Assembly: GCA_977862235.1 (NCBI GenBank)
Contig: OZ374560.1
Coordinates: 62,001-126,000 of the forward strand
DNA length: 64,000 nt
Direction: 5' to 3'
Source of the DNA: Dudresnaya verticillata
Taxonomy: Eukaryota
Shown here piece by piece: positions 36,903-47,639 of the stretch; positions within the stretch are counted from its first letter, which is position 1, and each line of letters starts with the position of its first letter. A model generated the notes under the pieces. It worked only from the letters and a program-made list of their open reading frames with translations, ran no database searches and was not told the origin of the DNA. The translations under genes were made by a program, and so were the position numbers.

Positions 36903-38264
36903 TTTGTCGTTACTGAGTGCTTGTTCTGCCCGATACCCACCGCAGTGGGACTCGAAGGAAGAAAATACCTTCTGCTTCTTTGCATACTCCCCAGACACGC
37001 CCGTCTCGTCCATGTTGGGTAGCCGACGTGGATCGGAAAAAATGCCAGGATGTTTGGCTCCCACTTGGTCCAGTGCTCGACGGTATGTCTCCACATCTTC
37101 GGGGTTCTGGGCGTGCAATTTTTCCAGTTGTCGACGTTCAAATTGTCTGAGAGTGAGATCCCTATGACGGCTTCGGAAACTTCTGACCCAGTCTGGACTC
37201 GGGATGCCGTTCTTGAACGGTTTCCAATTTTCTTCCCCGATCCTGGCGGCGATAGCACCGAGTGCGGTTGTACCCACCACAAAGCCTCGAGAGGCAACAT
37301 CCTTCAGTCTCAAACATATTTCGAACACCCCCGAAGCGGTCAGAGTCGTTTCGTGACCAGCTCTGTGAGCTGCTGAAGATAAAAGGCGTTGCAACGTGGC
37401 ATCATCTTTACTGCTGTTGGCTGCCTTCATCTTTATGGCCGTACCGTTGCTCACGCCGGTTGTGGCGCTGGCATGTGCGATGGTTCCTCCTTCTTGAAGA
37501 AGCTGCAGTGCCAATTCGCACCGCTTTGACTCCTCTGTGTCTCGACGCTCCCGATCATGATGTTGCTCCGTTTGCTTGCGCATAATAGACGGAGGCATGA
37601 CGAGTGCTAATGGCAATGGAGTAGCACACGGCCGTAACTCTACGTATCGTTGCATAGAGTTCCATTGACAATGGAGTCGGAGGATGGGATGGATGCTGCA
37701 GTACCCAGCCCTCAACATGTTGGCAAAAAGCGCGGGGATCATGTTTGAAATCGCAGGTGTACAGTGTTTGGGCGCGCAAGGAACATTTGAACTTCATCTA
37801 CTGTATGGAACATAAATGGCTACCATGGATACAGGTGCAGAGCGTTGGGCTGAAAAGTAGGGCTGAATGGGCACAGGATGGCTATATACCTCGGCACTCC
37901 AAATAGACCCACTTCTGCAAATTGACCCACCCGGAAGGGTACCACACAGCACATGAAATAGAATAAAAGAGCATGGGCAACGGCGCATCTGGTGGGGTTG
38001 TAAACTGTAAGCCGTATACGTTGTCGACTGTAACCTGTACTGTAGACTACCTTTTTCTTACTGTTTCGGTGTGTGTCGTTTTGGGTACTCGGTCCTACCC
38101 GCCCCCCCGCGTTGTACACATGATAGATTAGGGAATCAGTAGCTTTATACTACTGCTCCTTCTTTGATTGAATTGCCGACAATGAATTATTGCATCACTG
38201 TGTTAGTCGTCGCCGTGTGAATTGCAATAGCTTGGACACCACTACGTGTGAGTAGGTTGCTATG

Positions 38265-38646
38265 TGATGGGTACTGTGCGGCGCGGCGATTGCGTGCGTG
38301 CCCTGTGGCGACCGGAGCCCGGTTGGCACTGTAGAGATCTGGGAAGAGGCGCTCGGGCGCTGGCAAGTCTGGTGGGCACTGTGCTGGTTGCCCCTACTCC
38401 TCGACTGGAGTGGAGCAGGTTTATATAGGCCCTCTGTCAAGGCGGGAGCCGCTCGAACCCGCCGTCGGCCCTCGTCCGCGCCGCGCTGGCGTGCAAACAG
38501 CTTCCCGCGATTATTGTCGCAGAATTGCGCCAAATCATGCGTCCTATCTTGACTGACGGGTTTGCTATCATACCAGATGATCTGGCTGCCATCTAACGTT
38601 GTCTGCGTTAACTACAGTGCCCGCTGTGTGCCACAGCGGGATAACA
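38265..38646 (-). repeat. Duplicated 3' LTR of element D
   Basis: Matches 52572-52954 with the same CTATG flank. Confidence 0.92.
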
Positions 38647-38736
38647 GCCCCCCACAGCCAGTGATGTGTACACTGAACTGGTTGTAGGATGATAAATCTA
38701 GCAGTGCTTGGCGATTCGCTTCTGCCTAGCCCCGGT

Positions 38737-41142
38737 ATGGAGAACCCCGAAGAACTCCTTAAAGGTGTAGCCAGTAAGCTCTCTAGATCCCGACCTGGTT
38801 CCGACACTTCCCGCAAGGGTGTATCCAAGCCAGGTGACTCCAATCGTGTCTATTGGATACTTTCGGAAGTCATCCCACGGGTGTTGGAGCATCTCCGTAT
38901 AGAGGTGCAACCCAACATGGTCAAGGAGGTTGAGACCACGCTCGCCGACACCGTTCCGGTTATTGTTAGCTCCTACCTGGAGAAACACCTTCCGGAGTTG
39001 GTACAGACGCTCATCCGTCAGGAGCGTCAGGCGTCGGAGATCGAGCAGATGCTCATCCCCGGACAATCCCTACCGGGACCCAAGGAGCAACCCTTTTCTG
39101 GACCTACACCGATACGGAATAACTTCCCGGTCAAGGGAGAAACGAGGTATATGCCAGAAATCCCCACTCAGGTGTTTCCGCCCGATCCAGTAAGGACAGC
39201 GGCAGCCCCTGGGTTACCTACCCAAACTCAATACACCGAATTGGATCCAACACACCAACCCCAACCGAATCGGAGTACGGTCCCTGGACCCGCAGAAGTG
39301 CCTGCGGGGGAACGTATCACCGTGCCGGTGGCTTCGCGTAGAGGCAGTGAGCACTCCGATGGTAACTCCAAGAAACACCAAGACCGGAGTGGTAGAGACA
39401 GTGCTGAAAGAAAGGCCAAGGACTCCCACTCCGATAAGGAACGTGACCGTTCGCAACGGAGCAAACGGGCTTCGCGACGGGACAAAGAATATTCCGGTAC
39501 GGAATCTGATGATAGCCAACACCGCAATAGGAAGAAGAATAAGCGCAAGTCGCGCCATAGGCGACGAAAAGGGCACGACTCCTCCCATTCCTCTGGCTCT
39601 GATACGAGCTACTCCGATACGGATAGGGACGAGCGGCGTCGGGCCAGAAAACACGACGCCAAACACCGAGAGGTCGACAGGCCACTCCCAAAGGTGATCC
39701 GGCCCCTGAACAACAGGTTCGTGAAGGCGCTGGATTTCCGAACATACCGTCTGGAGAAAAGGAGTTCTTACTACAGCTCCAGCTTGTCCCAGAATATGGG
39801 ACGTATCCGCAAAAAGCTGGAGGTGCAAATGAAGTCCCACTCCTTTAACGGTACAGACCCCATCACGGTCCTTGGATTTCTCGCGAAGTTCAACGATGCG
39901 TGCAACATCAACTCCATTTCGGAAGGAACCGCACTGTGGTGTTTCCAGTTTATTTTAAGTGGACAGGCTGAAGCTTTGCTTCAAACCCGTCTCGCTGGTG
40001 GCACCATGGCGGTCGACGAGGAGCAAGCAGAGATACTTCGCACCTATACCGAAGTGGTGAACTTTTTGCTAAGGACTTATGCTACCGATGAGGTGATTGC
40101 CGAAGGGTATTCGGACGTAACGTCGTTTCGACAAACGTCGGCCTTAACGGAAGAGCAATTCTCTAACCAACTTTGGACTAAGGCACTCCGATGCGGTACA
40201 GTATTCTCCGACAGGTCCCTCAAGTCGCTGTTTGTGGAAGGACTCCTACCGGGAACGTGTCAGCAGATGCGCAATTATCTGGCGACACACCCCCATATGG
40301 ATCACCAAGCCATCACCCGCTACGCTAAAGGGCTCGGAGAATCCCATCGGGCAACCAGACGCCAAACCTCAGCGGTGCACGTCTTCGACGGAAAACCTAA
40401 GAGTCAGTCACGCCGTTCTGGCGTTCTGTCAATTGGTTCTCCATCGGACTACACCTACTCGGAGTATCCCGCTGAATCGGTGGAGCACGTGCTCGCCCTG
40501 GAAGGTGGCGCGGGTCGTAGCACCGGCACCTCGTCGGGGGTTACGTTTACTACAGCGTACTCTTCCCCACCGAGTAGTGTCTACCCTACTCCGCCTCGGA
40601 CTCCCAACCTTCGCCCACCAGCGCCACGGATGCCACCACCCCGACAACCCCGCTACGGACCGGCTGATAGCCGCTACGGCCTCGCCACACACCGTCAGGG
40701 GACCACCGGGCAGCATCCCAGCCATATTGGACACCCCCACGGCAACACGCCTCCCCGTCAAGGGCAGGGCGAACATCGTATTGGAAAACAATCCCCTGCT
40801 GCAGAGCATACGGATCACACCTCACCGGACGTCCGACGCCTCTATGGAAGCGGCTACTGTCGCTTGTGCCTCTCCCCGGACCATTTCATTTGTCCGTATC
40901 TGAGCGACACCGAAAGGGGTCCCCTGATGGAAGAGCGCGAGCGCAACTATCAAGCGCTCCTCCTCAAGCGGCAGGCCTTTGCCAACTCCAATACGGGAAA
41001 TCGTCCGCCGGGCAACTACGAGCAACGCCCAGCACGGGTGCTGACTGTCGATGGTGGTGCGGTTGGCGAGCCCCCAGCTGAAATGGTGGAGGAGGCACTC
41101 ATGGCGCACCCCGACTCGGAAAACGTTGCAGGAGACGTGTAA
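38737..41142 (+). CDS. gag: Gypsy gag of element C (true N-terminus possibly lost)
   Basis: ~800-aa open frame; FVKALDFRTYRL, FNGTDPI, VNFLLRTYA, CRLCLSPDHFIC knuckle-like motif. Confidence 0.88.
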   Translation: MENPEELLKGVASKLSRSRPGSDTSRKGVSKPGDSNRVYWILSEVIPRVLEHLRIEVQPNMVKEVETTLADTVPVIVSSYLEKHLPELVQTLIRQERQASEIEQMLIPGQSLPGPKEQPFSGPTPIRNNFPVKGETRYMPEIPTQVFPPDPVRTAAAPGLPTQTQYTELDPTHQPQPNRSTVPGPAEVPAGERITVPVASRRGSEHSDGNSKKHQDRSGRDSAERKAKDSHSDKERDRSQRSKRASRRDKEYSGTESDDSQHRNRKKNKRKSRHRRRKGHDSSHSSGSDTSYSDTDRDERRRARKHDAKHREVDRPLPKVIRPLNNRFVKALDFRTYRLEKRSSYYSSSLSQNMGRIRKKLEVQMKSHSFNGTDPITVLGFLAKFNDACNINSISEGTALWCFQFILSGQAEALLQTRLAGGTMAVDEEQAEILRTYTEVVNFLLRTYATDEVIAEGYSDVTSFRQTSALTEEQFSNQLWTKALRCGTVFSDRSLKSLFVEGLLPGTCQQMRNYLATHPHMDHQAITRYAKGLGESHRATRRQTSAVHVFDGKPKSQSRRSGVLSIGSPSDYTYSEYPAESVEHVLALEGGAGRSTGTSSGVTFTTAYSSPPSSVYPTPPRTPNLRPPAPRMPPPRQPRYGPADSRYGLATHRQGTTGQHPSHIGHPHGNTPPRQGQGEHRIGKQSPAAEHTDHTSPDVRRLYGSGYCRLCLSPDHFICPYLSDTERGPLMEERERNYQALLLKRQAFANSNTGNRPPGNYEQRPARVLTVDGGAVGEPPAEMVEEALMAHPDSENVAGDV

Positions 41143-41159
41143 GGGCGTCCCCGTCTCCT
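41118..41159 (+). promoter_or_regulatory. Candidate -1 ribosomal frameshift signal (G GAA AAC plus stem-loop)
   Basis: GGAAAAC, 5-nt spacer, AGGAGACG/CGTCTCCT stem; the -1 frame stays open past the gag stop. Confidence 0.55.
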
Positions 41160-42332
41160 CAATGCGACGTGGTACGCCCACCAATACGGGCTTTGCCGGA
41201 CTGTCAGTCCGCCACCATTACGGAGTACCCCCTTGATTTTGTTCCAGAAACCCCCTTGAATTTCCACCACCCGGTGATTCTGTCTGTGTTCTACAGCGGC
41301 AGAATTATAAAATCCAGATTACCGTGGGAAGGAGTAATGACCTCATGTTACCTCTCATCACCGTATTGGATTCTGGTGCTGGGCCAAATCTCATTAACGC
41401 CAGACGGCTTCCACGCCACTGGTTGTCCTTGATTCGCCCCGCTGCCAGTCCACATTTACGGGATGCGTCCAATAGGTCGATACGCCCGCTTGGTGTCATT
41501 CAACTTTTTGTCCGTATCGGAGAATTGCGTACTCGAGTCCACTTCCTGGTGGTCGCGAGCCTCGCTGCTCCGTGTATTCTGGGAACCAGTTTCATTGATC
41601 GCCATGTCAAGGCGATCCTCCCACCGGCACGGAAAGTTGTTTTTCATCACCACTCTCCGGTTTCGCTAATGGGACAAACCAGACACTCCAAAACGGTGGC
41701 TGCTTCTACTCTTCAGGGACCCCCTGTTTCATCCGCTTCGGTATCGCAAAAGCTCCGACTAGCAAAATCCCTTATTATCCCCCCTATGACCCAATCCCTT
41801 GCATTGGTCACCACTCCTACCGGTGGTTTGTGTTTTCTTCAAAACCATCCCAAACCCATCCATAAGCACCTCACCCTTATGGCTAATGGAGTTATGGATA
41901 TAATCCCTAACAAACTCTTTAAGGTGTGGCTGACTAATTTTCCCCCAAACCGGTGCGGTTACCAAAGTCTACCGTCCTGGGCCTCGCTACTGCTGCTCCC
42001 TCTGCCATACTCACCGTTAACGGTGTACCTCCATTTAAGGAGGGGGGAGGACATATTAATTCCTTTCCTACTCCTCCTAATGAAAGCAGCAAGGCTACAC
42101 CCCAAGATGGATTCAAAGGAAACACCGCATCGGAATCAACTACAACCCTTAACACCGATTGGAAAGATAACATCCATATTGGTGCCAAGGATGAAAAACT
42201 CCGCGCTAAGGTGGTTACACTCCTCGAGGAGTTCAGCACTATGTGGAACGGTGAGTTAGGAAATATAACAGCCGCGAAACACCGTATTGAATTAATGCCT
42301 GGTGCCAAACTGGTGTATCAAGCACCATATCG

Positions 42333-44063
42333 AAATGTGTGATTTATTTAGAGACGCCTCAGTGTCCTAAGTTGTAGCTACGCTACACTATGTGGCAAGG
42401 GAGTACGTCTTCAACCTTCATGCAAACTCTAAAACATATTCGGTACTACATGCTTCCAATGCGATGATTTGCTAACTTGGTTTGCGCTTCTTGGTCGTTC
42501 TGTGCACGGGACTCAAATCCTCGCGTTTGCGCTTCTGACCAACACAGTTTTGGTCATCTAAGACATCCAGAAATGCCTTCAGACTATCTAGGAGTCGGGC
42601 TTGCACGCCCGCATTCCAACGCTTCACACTCAATCCAGACTCAATTCGGGCTTTGTGCAACCTGTAGACCTCGGGACCAAGTCGAGTCTTGAGGACATCC
42701 GGTTTTCCGGGAAATGACCCACAATACCATCGAATCCCGGCATCTCGCAGCTTACGATCCCTAATATGTAGAATCGGAACGAATCCAGAGTCGGGAACTG
42801 GAATGCGCCGCCGACGTTGGCGACACAGGCCCTTCCACGAATCACGGAGATCCTGGTTCCTCATGTCCAGAGGACTCTTATTCTGCGCCCGGAAACTTCG
42901 GAATTCTAACATATCTGTCATGGCGAGCACGTCGCCACGGTTGCGGTGAGCTCGTTTTGTGAGGCGTTTACCAAGACTGCGAAGGCGCAGACGGATACGC
43001 TGCAACCAGTCCGGCAGCTTGGCCATCTTCAAATGACGTGGTAGGCGCCCGCGGATGCGGCCACTGCGAGGCCACATAGGCTCTTTGGCAATGCACCCAA
43101 GTGCAAATTCTGCCACTTTGTAGTCCAGCAACTCGAGTTGATGACTCAAATCGCACTTGCCTGCCGTGTCGATCGGCATCAAATGGGTGCTAAAGTCCGC
43201 AACTGGGTAGATATACGTGCGGCAGATGTCCACAAGTCGTGCGCTAGGCACATATTTGCGGTGTACGCCGACCGCCTTGAGTAAGTTTAGGCGTTGATTA
43301 GCCGCCTTAACTCGCTCCAAATTCTTGTCAGGTGCCAGTTTGGTACCTTTCAGAGTCACTCCCAGGTACTTTGCAGTGTCTACCACGTCAATTTTCTGAC
43401 CATTCAGGTAGTACATTGCTCGTTTGGTGCAGTTTTCGGGCTCCAAAACATGGCATTTTGAAGTTCCCCACTGCATACCTTCAAGATCAGCCCATTTCGT
43501 GGACGCATCTAAGGCCGTTTGGAGGCCGGTACTAGTCTTGGATCGGAGCTTGACGTCGTCAGCAAAGATCGTAATGTCGATTTCTTCAGCACTTTCGGAG
43601 GCCGACATTGACAAATCCATGAACTCAGGATACGAGTCCATGTTGACATTGTACAAAGTCGGACTCGAAGACACTCCTTGAGGCACACCCCGCGACACAA
43701 TTGCAGTGGTGCCGGTGATATCGCCCTTGGTAACTACTGTTGCTGGTTGTAACTCCAGAGCGATCATTGCCGCCGTGGTAGGTGACATCTTCTGATTCAC
43801 TTTCGACATCAACCGCTCGCGGGGTACTGTATCGTATGCCGACTTCAAGTCGAGCACGGCCGTGTACCGGAATCCAGCTTTTGTGCTGGTTGCATGCCTT
43901 AAGATGGCGGTTTCGGTACCAGTTTTCTCACGGAACCCCAACTGAGTCGGATGAAACTGGTACTCCTTACGAATCATAGACGCGATTGCCTTTGAAAGCA
44001 TTTGTCGTCCGTGCGACACTAGCGCAATCGGTCGATAGCTGGTTGGGTCCGATTTGGGATTTT
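42333..44063 (-). mobile_element. 5'-truncated non-LTR retrotransposon (LINE), TSD ACCATATCG
   Basis: ACCATATCG at 42324-42332 and 44064-44072; removing the insert restores pol (YQAPYR|AGHKQRELEK). Confidence 0.93.
42472..44055 (-). CDS. LINE ORF2 reverse transcriptase and C-terminal region (no N-terminus)
   Basis: SYRPIAL, QLGFR, LDLKSAYDTV, GVPQG, FADD, KYLGV. Confidence 0.92.
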   Translation of the reverse strand, partial: KSDPTSYRPIALVSHGRQMLSKAIASMIRKEYQFHPTQLGFREKTGTETAILRHATSTKAGFRYTAVLDLKSAYDTVPRERLMSKVNQKMSPTTAAMIALELQPATVVTKGDITGTTAIVSRGVPQGVSSSPTLYNVNMDSYPEFMDLSMSASESAEEIDITIFADDVKLRSKTSTGLQTALDASTKWADLEGMQWGTSKCHVLEPENCTKRAMYYLNGQKIDVVDTAKYLGVTLKGTKLAPDKNLERVKAANQRLNLLKAVGVHRKYVPSARLVDICRTYIYPVADFSTHLMPIDTAGKCDLSHQLELLDYKVAEFALGCIAKEPMWPRSGRIRGRLPRHLKMAKLPDWLQRIRLRLRSLGKRLTKRAHRNRGDVLAMTDMLEFRSFRAQNKSPLDMRNQDLRDSWKGLCRQRRRRIPVPDSGFVPILHIRDRKLRDAGIRWYCGSFPGKPDVLKTRLGPEVYRLHKARIESGLSVKRWNAGVQARLLDSLKAFLDVLDDQNCVGQKRKREDLSPVHRTTKKRKPS

Positions 44064-47000
44064 ACCATATCGGGCAGGACATAAACAGCGCGAGCTGGAG
44101 AAGGCAGAAGTGGACCGTATGTTGTCCGCTAAGGTGATCGAGCCATCCGCTTCGGAGTGGGCCAGCCCTGTGGTCTTTGTTCCTAAAAAGGACGGCTCCA
44201 TGCGGTTTTGTGTCGATTACAGGCGTCTTAACGCTGTCACCGTTCGGGATTCATACCCTTTACCCCGGATGGATGAATGTATCGACTCCCTTGGAGAAGC
44301 TACAGTATTCACCACTCTGGATTGTAATAGTAGCTACTGGCAAGTAGAGATCCCCGAGGAGGAGCGTGACAAAACGACCTTCACCAGTCATTATGGATTA
44401 TACCGCTTCCGGAGAATGCCTTTTGGGCTCAAGAACGCACCCGCTACTTTCCAACGGGCGGTTGACATCATCATATCTACAGTGAAATGGCAATTTGCCT
44501 TAGTCTACCTGGATGATGTGATTGTATATTCTAACACCGTCACGGAGCACTTCGAACACCTTAAGGAGGTCCTAACGCTACTCCGTTCCGCAGGTGTAAC
44601 TCTGAAATTATCGAAGTGTTCTTTCTTCGACACTTCCGTACAGTATCTGGGCCACATAGTGCGCCCGGACCAATTGGAAGTGGAACGGAAGAATATTCTC
44701 GCCGTTAAGGAGGCTAAGCCACCTACAAACCAAACGGAGTTACGCTCTTTTCTAGGGTTATGTAACGTCTATCGACGCTTCGTTCCCAATTTCGCACGCA
44801 TTGCTTCGCCACTCAATAAGAAAACCGGCAAGGGTCTGGTATTCGAGTTTAGAACTCTCACCGGAACGGAGTTTAACGCCTTTGAGGAGCTAAAGAGACA
44901 CTTGATCTCCCCTCCAATATTGGTTTTACCCCGTCACGGTTTCAAATACACGGTGGATACCGACGCTTGTGATTACCAAGTTGGGTGTGTCCTTCTCCAG
45001 GAGCAACCTAGTGGAGATAATCTACCAGTGGGTTACTGGAGCCGAAGTCTAACCGATGCGGAGAAGAATTACACAACCACGGAAAAGGACTGCCTTGCTG
45101 TAGTTTGGAGTGGGCTAACGCTACGCCCCTACCTTTACGGTGAAAAGTTTATACTCCGTACGGATCACGACGCATTACGCTGGATATTGAGTTTAGCCGA
45201 TGCGTCTGGACGCTTAGCAAGATGGCGCCTACACCTATCGGAATTTGAGTTCGAAGTACAATACCGCCCTGGTATCAAGCACCAACTCGCAGACGGTATG
45301 TCAAGACTCCGAACAGGTGGTGCTGACAAAGCTGAACTGGACGAAGAAGTGCCTTGCTTCGTTATGGAATCGACTCCTAATGCTGTAGTGCAACATGGTG
45401 TGCGACTAACCAATTGGAAACAGGCTCAGCAACCTGATGCCGCAAGCAGCCTTGTCCTAGGCGTTGAAAGTGGAGACACCGAAACGGATACTACGCCTGA
45501 AAAGGATACAGTGCCACCCACTCCACTCCGGCAAACGGTCATCCAACAAGATGATATGCGCAATGAGACCCTTACCCGTGAGGAGTTCATAGCCGCCCAA
45601 GCAACAGATACATTCTGCAAGCTTAAAGCCGAATTGGTGGGATCCCCTGGATCGCAATTTGACTACGACCGACATGGGTTTCTTGTGCGCAAGTCTGCCC
45701 TCGACGGCGCACTCCAAAAGGTGGTACCGCAACGTATGCGCGGCAGGGTCCTGTATCTTGCCCACTACACCTTAATGTCGGGACACCCTGGTGGAATTAA
45801 GATGTACTACACCTTACGGAGAGAGTACTATTGGCCACATATGGCTAACGATGTATTCGAGACCGTTCGGAGTTGCCGCTCATGTGTTAAAACCAAGGGC
45901 ACGCGGTTTAAGCATCAGAAGTTCATGAAGTTATTTCCCGCGAGTGGCCCACTGGTGTTTGTTGCTACGGACATATTGGGCCCGCTGTCGAAAACCAAAC
46001 GGGGATATGTCTTCGTATTGGTCATCACCGATCGGTTTTCTAAGCTAATACGGTGCATTCCGTTACGGACGATTACATCCGTCGTGGTGGCGAACGCATT
46101 TTTAGACCATTGGGTGTATGCGTATGGCGCACCTAAATTTGTACTCACCGACAATGGAAGACAGTTCACGGCGAAGTTCTTCGACGCTGTCTGTGCCCTA
46201 CTTGGAGTGCGACATTTGCTGACCGCCGCCTATCACCCGCAAACCAACGGGCAAGCCGAGCGGTTTAACAAAAACATCGCGCAGCGCCTCCGGCACTACG
46301 TCGAGGATCACCACACCGATTGGGATTTATATCTACAGCCGTTAACCTATTCCTACAATATGCAGGTACACCGGATCACGGATACTACCCCTTTCGACTT
46401 GGTGTTAACTCGACACCCATCGGATATTATTGTGCGTGGCACCCCTGTGGAGTTGGAAGAAACCGTTACGGAGGGGCGTATGACGCCCGTACTCCAAAAG
46501 CGGGGAACCATGCGGCGTTTGCGTTATGCCCTACAGAAGGCGCAGACCAAACAGACTACAGCCCAGTTGAAGTCCAAGGCCCTATTCGAGCGTAAGGTGC
46601 GCTTCCGACCGGTGGTTCGCGGTGGCGATCAGGTCTACGTAGACCGCCCGCCGCGTAATCTACGGCCCACAGAACGGAAAGAGCGCGACCGTTTGGGTCA
46701 AGGCCCAGACCACGTCGGTGAATTTGCGGAGCAAATGAAGAAGCTCCTCCCAAGATCGACGGGCCCCTACGAGGTGCACACCGCAACGGATACTGTAGTC
46801 ACTATCAAGAAGGATGGCGTCCTGATTCCCATCAGCATCGATCGCATCACTAAGGTACCAATTGGAGTTCCCGTGCAACCGGCGCCGCTATTGGCTCCGC
46901 CGGTTACGCCACATACCGACATGGACGGTACAGTACCCCAGCAGGCGGGAGGCACCACAGTAGTACCCCAAACATCAGGTCGTATTACTGTAACGCCCCA

Positions 47001-47639
47001 AACGCCAGGCGGTATTTCTGCCCCCGTACCGGAGACAATTGATGCCGACACGGAGTTTGTCATCGAGCAGATCGTGGGACACCGCGAAGAGCCCACGGGC
47101 ATGACCTACAAGGTGCGTTGGTACGGCTACCCACCAGACCAGGACACGTATCAACCCGCTGAGGAGTTGCCGCAAAACTTCATACACCGTTATTGGAATA
47201 GAAAGCGCACGGCAGCCGCTGCAGCTCGACGTCGCAGAACTCCTGCACGTCGATAGCCAGTCGCTTCTCACCCACGCAGTAGGGGATTTGGAAAAATCGA
47301 GCATTACCCGTGGACTCCGTGTTGCCAGAACCCTTGCTCAAGGGGCTCTACTCCATATTGGTGACTTGGTATTGGTAGAAAATGGGCATGACCTCCGGAC
47401 TCTGGAACCACAGAACCCTTGCCCAAGGGGCTCTACTCCATATTGGTGGGTCGCCGGCAAGCGAGCAAACACTTCTGGTATGAGGTGGTCGTCAACTTGA
47501 CGCAAAGCCTTGTATGGTGTAGGGTACCCCCGCCCCTTCGGGACTCATTCCACAGTGGTGTTATTCCACTTCCCCTCCGCCACTGGAAGGGGGGCTCACA
47601 AAAATCACAAGATTTTATTGACAAGTGGCATTTCTACGC

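Larger units (their letters stand above)
32938..37598 (-). pseudogene. pogo-family transposase (HTH, CENP-B HTH, DDE_1) split by three LTR insertions
   Basis: PSPDWVRSFRSRH, NMDETG, HLTAVVIASA...LPPFFLFAGK, LVLDGHSSR, SHFLQPCD; pieces 37598-36903, 36227-35985, 35127-34990 and 34316-32938. Confidence 0.9.
32701..37939 (-). mobile_element. pogo/Tigger-like Tc1-mariner DNA transposon with TIRs and TA TSD
   Basis: TA|CCCTTCCGGATGGGTCAATTTG ... CAAATTGACCCACCCGGAAGGG|TA; the empty site CAGCATG-TA-CCACACAGCAC is visible in the paralogous repeat at ~25006-25025. Confidence 0.93.
36228..38731 (+). repeat. 2.5-kb direct segmental duplication, copy 1 (copy 2 at 50536-53039)
   Basis: Near-identical at offset 14308; contains the C LTR, pogo 5' end with TIR, D LTR and the D integrase tip. 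Confidence 0.95.
41143..47256 (+). pseudogene. pol: Gypsy pol of element C (protease, RT, RNase H, integrase, chromodomain), interrupted by a LINE
   Basis: LDSGAGPNLI; frameshifts near 41300 and 41945; intact 1048-aa ORF 44110-47256 with YLDD, GHPG/CxxC, TDNG, and YKVRWYGY chromodomain. Confidence 0.95.

Noticed and set aside
38689..38736. Start of the 817-aa ORF (MINLAVLGDSLLPS)
   Set aside because: Derived from the antisense strand of the duplicated D integrase tip; a chance fusion at the junction
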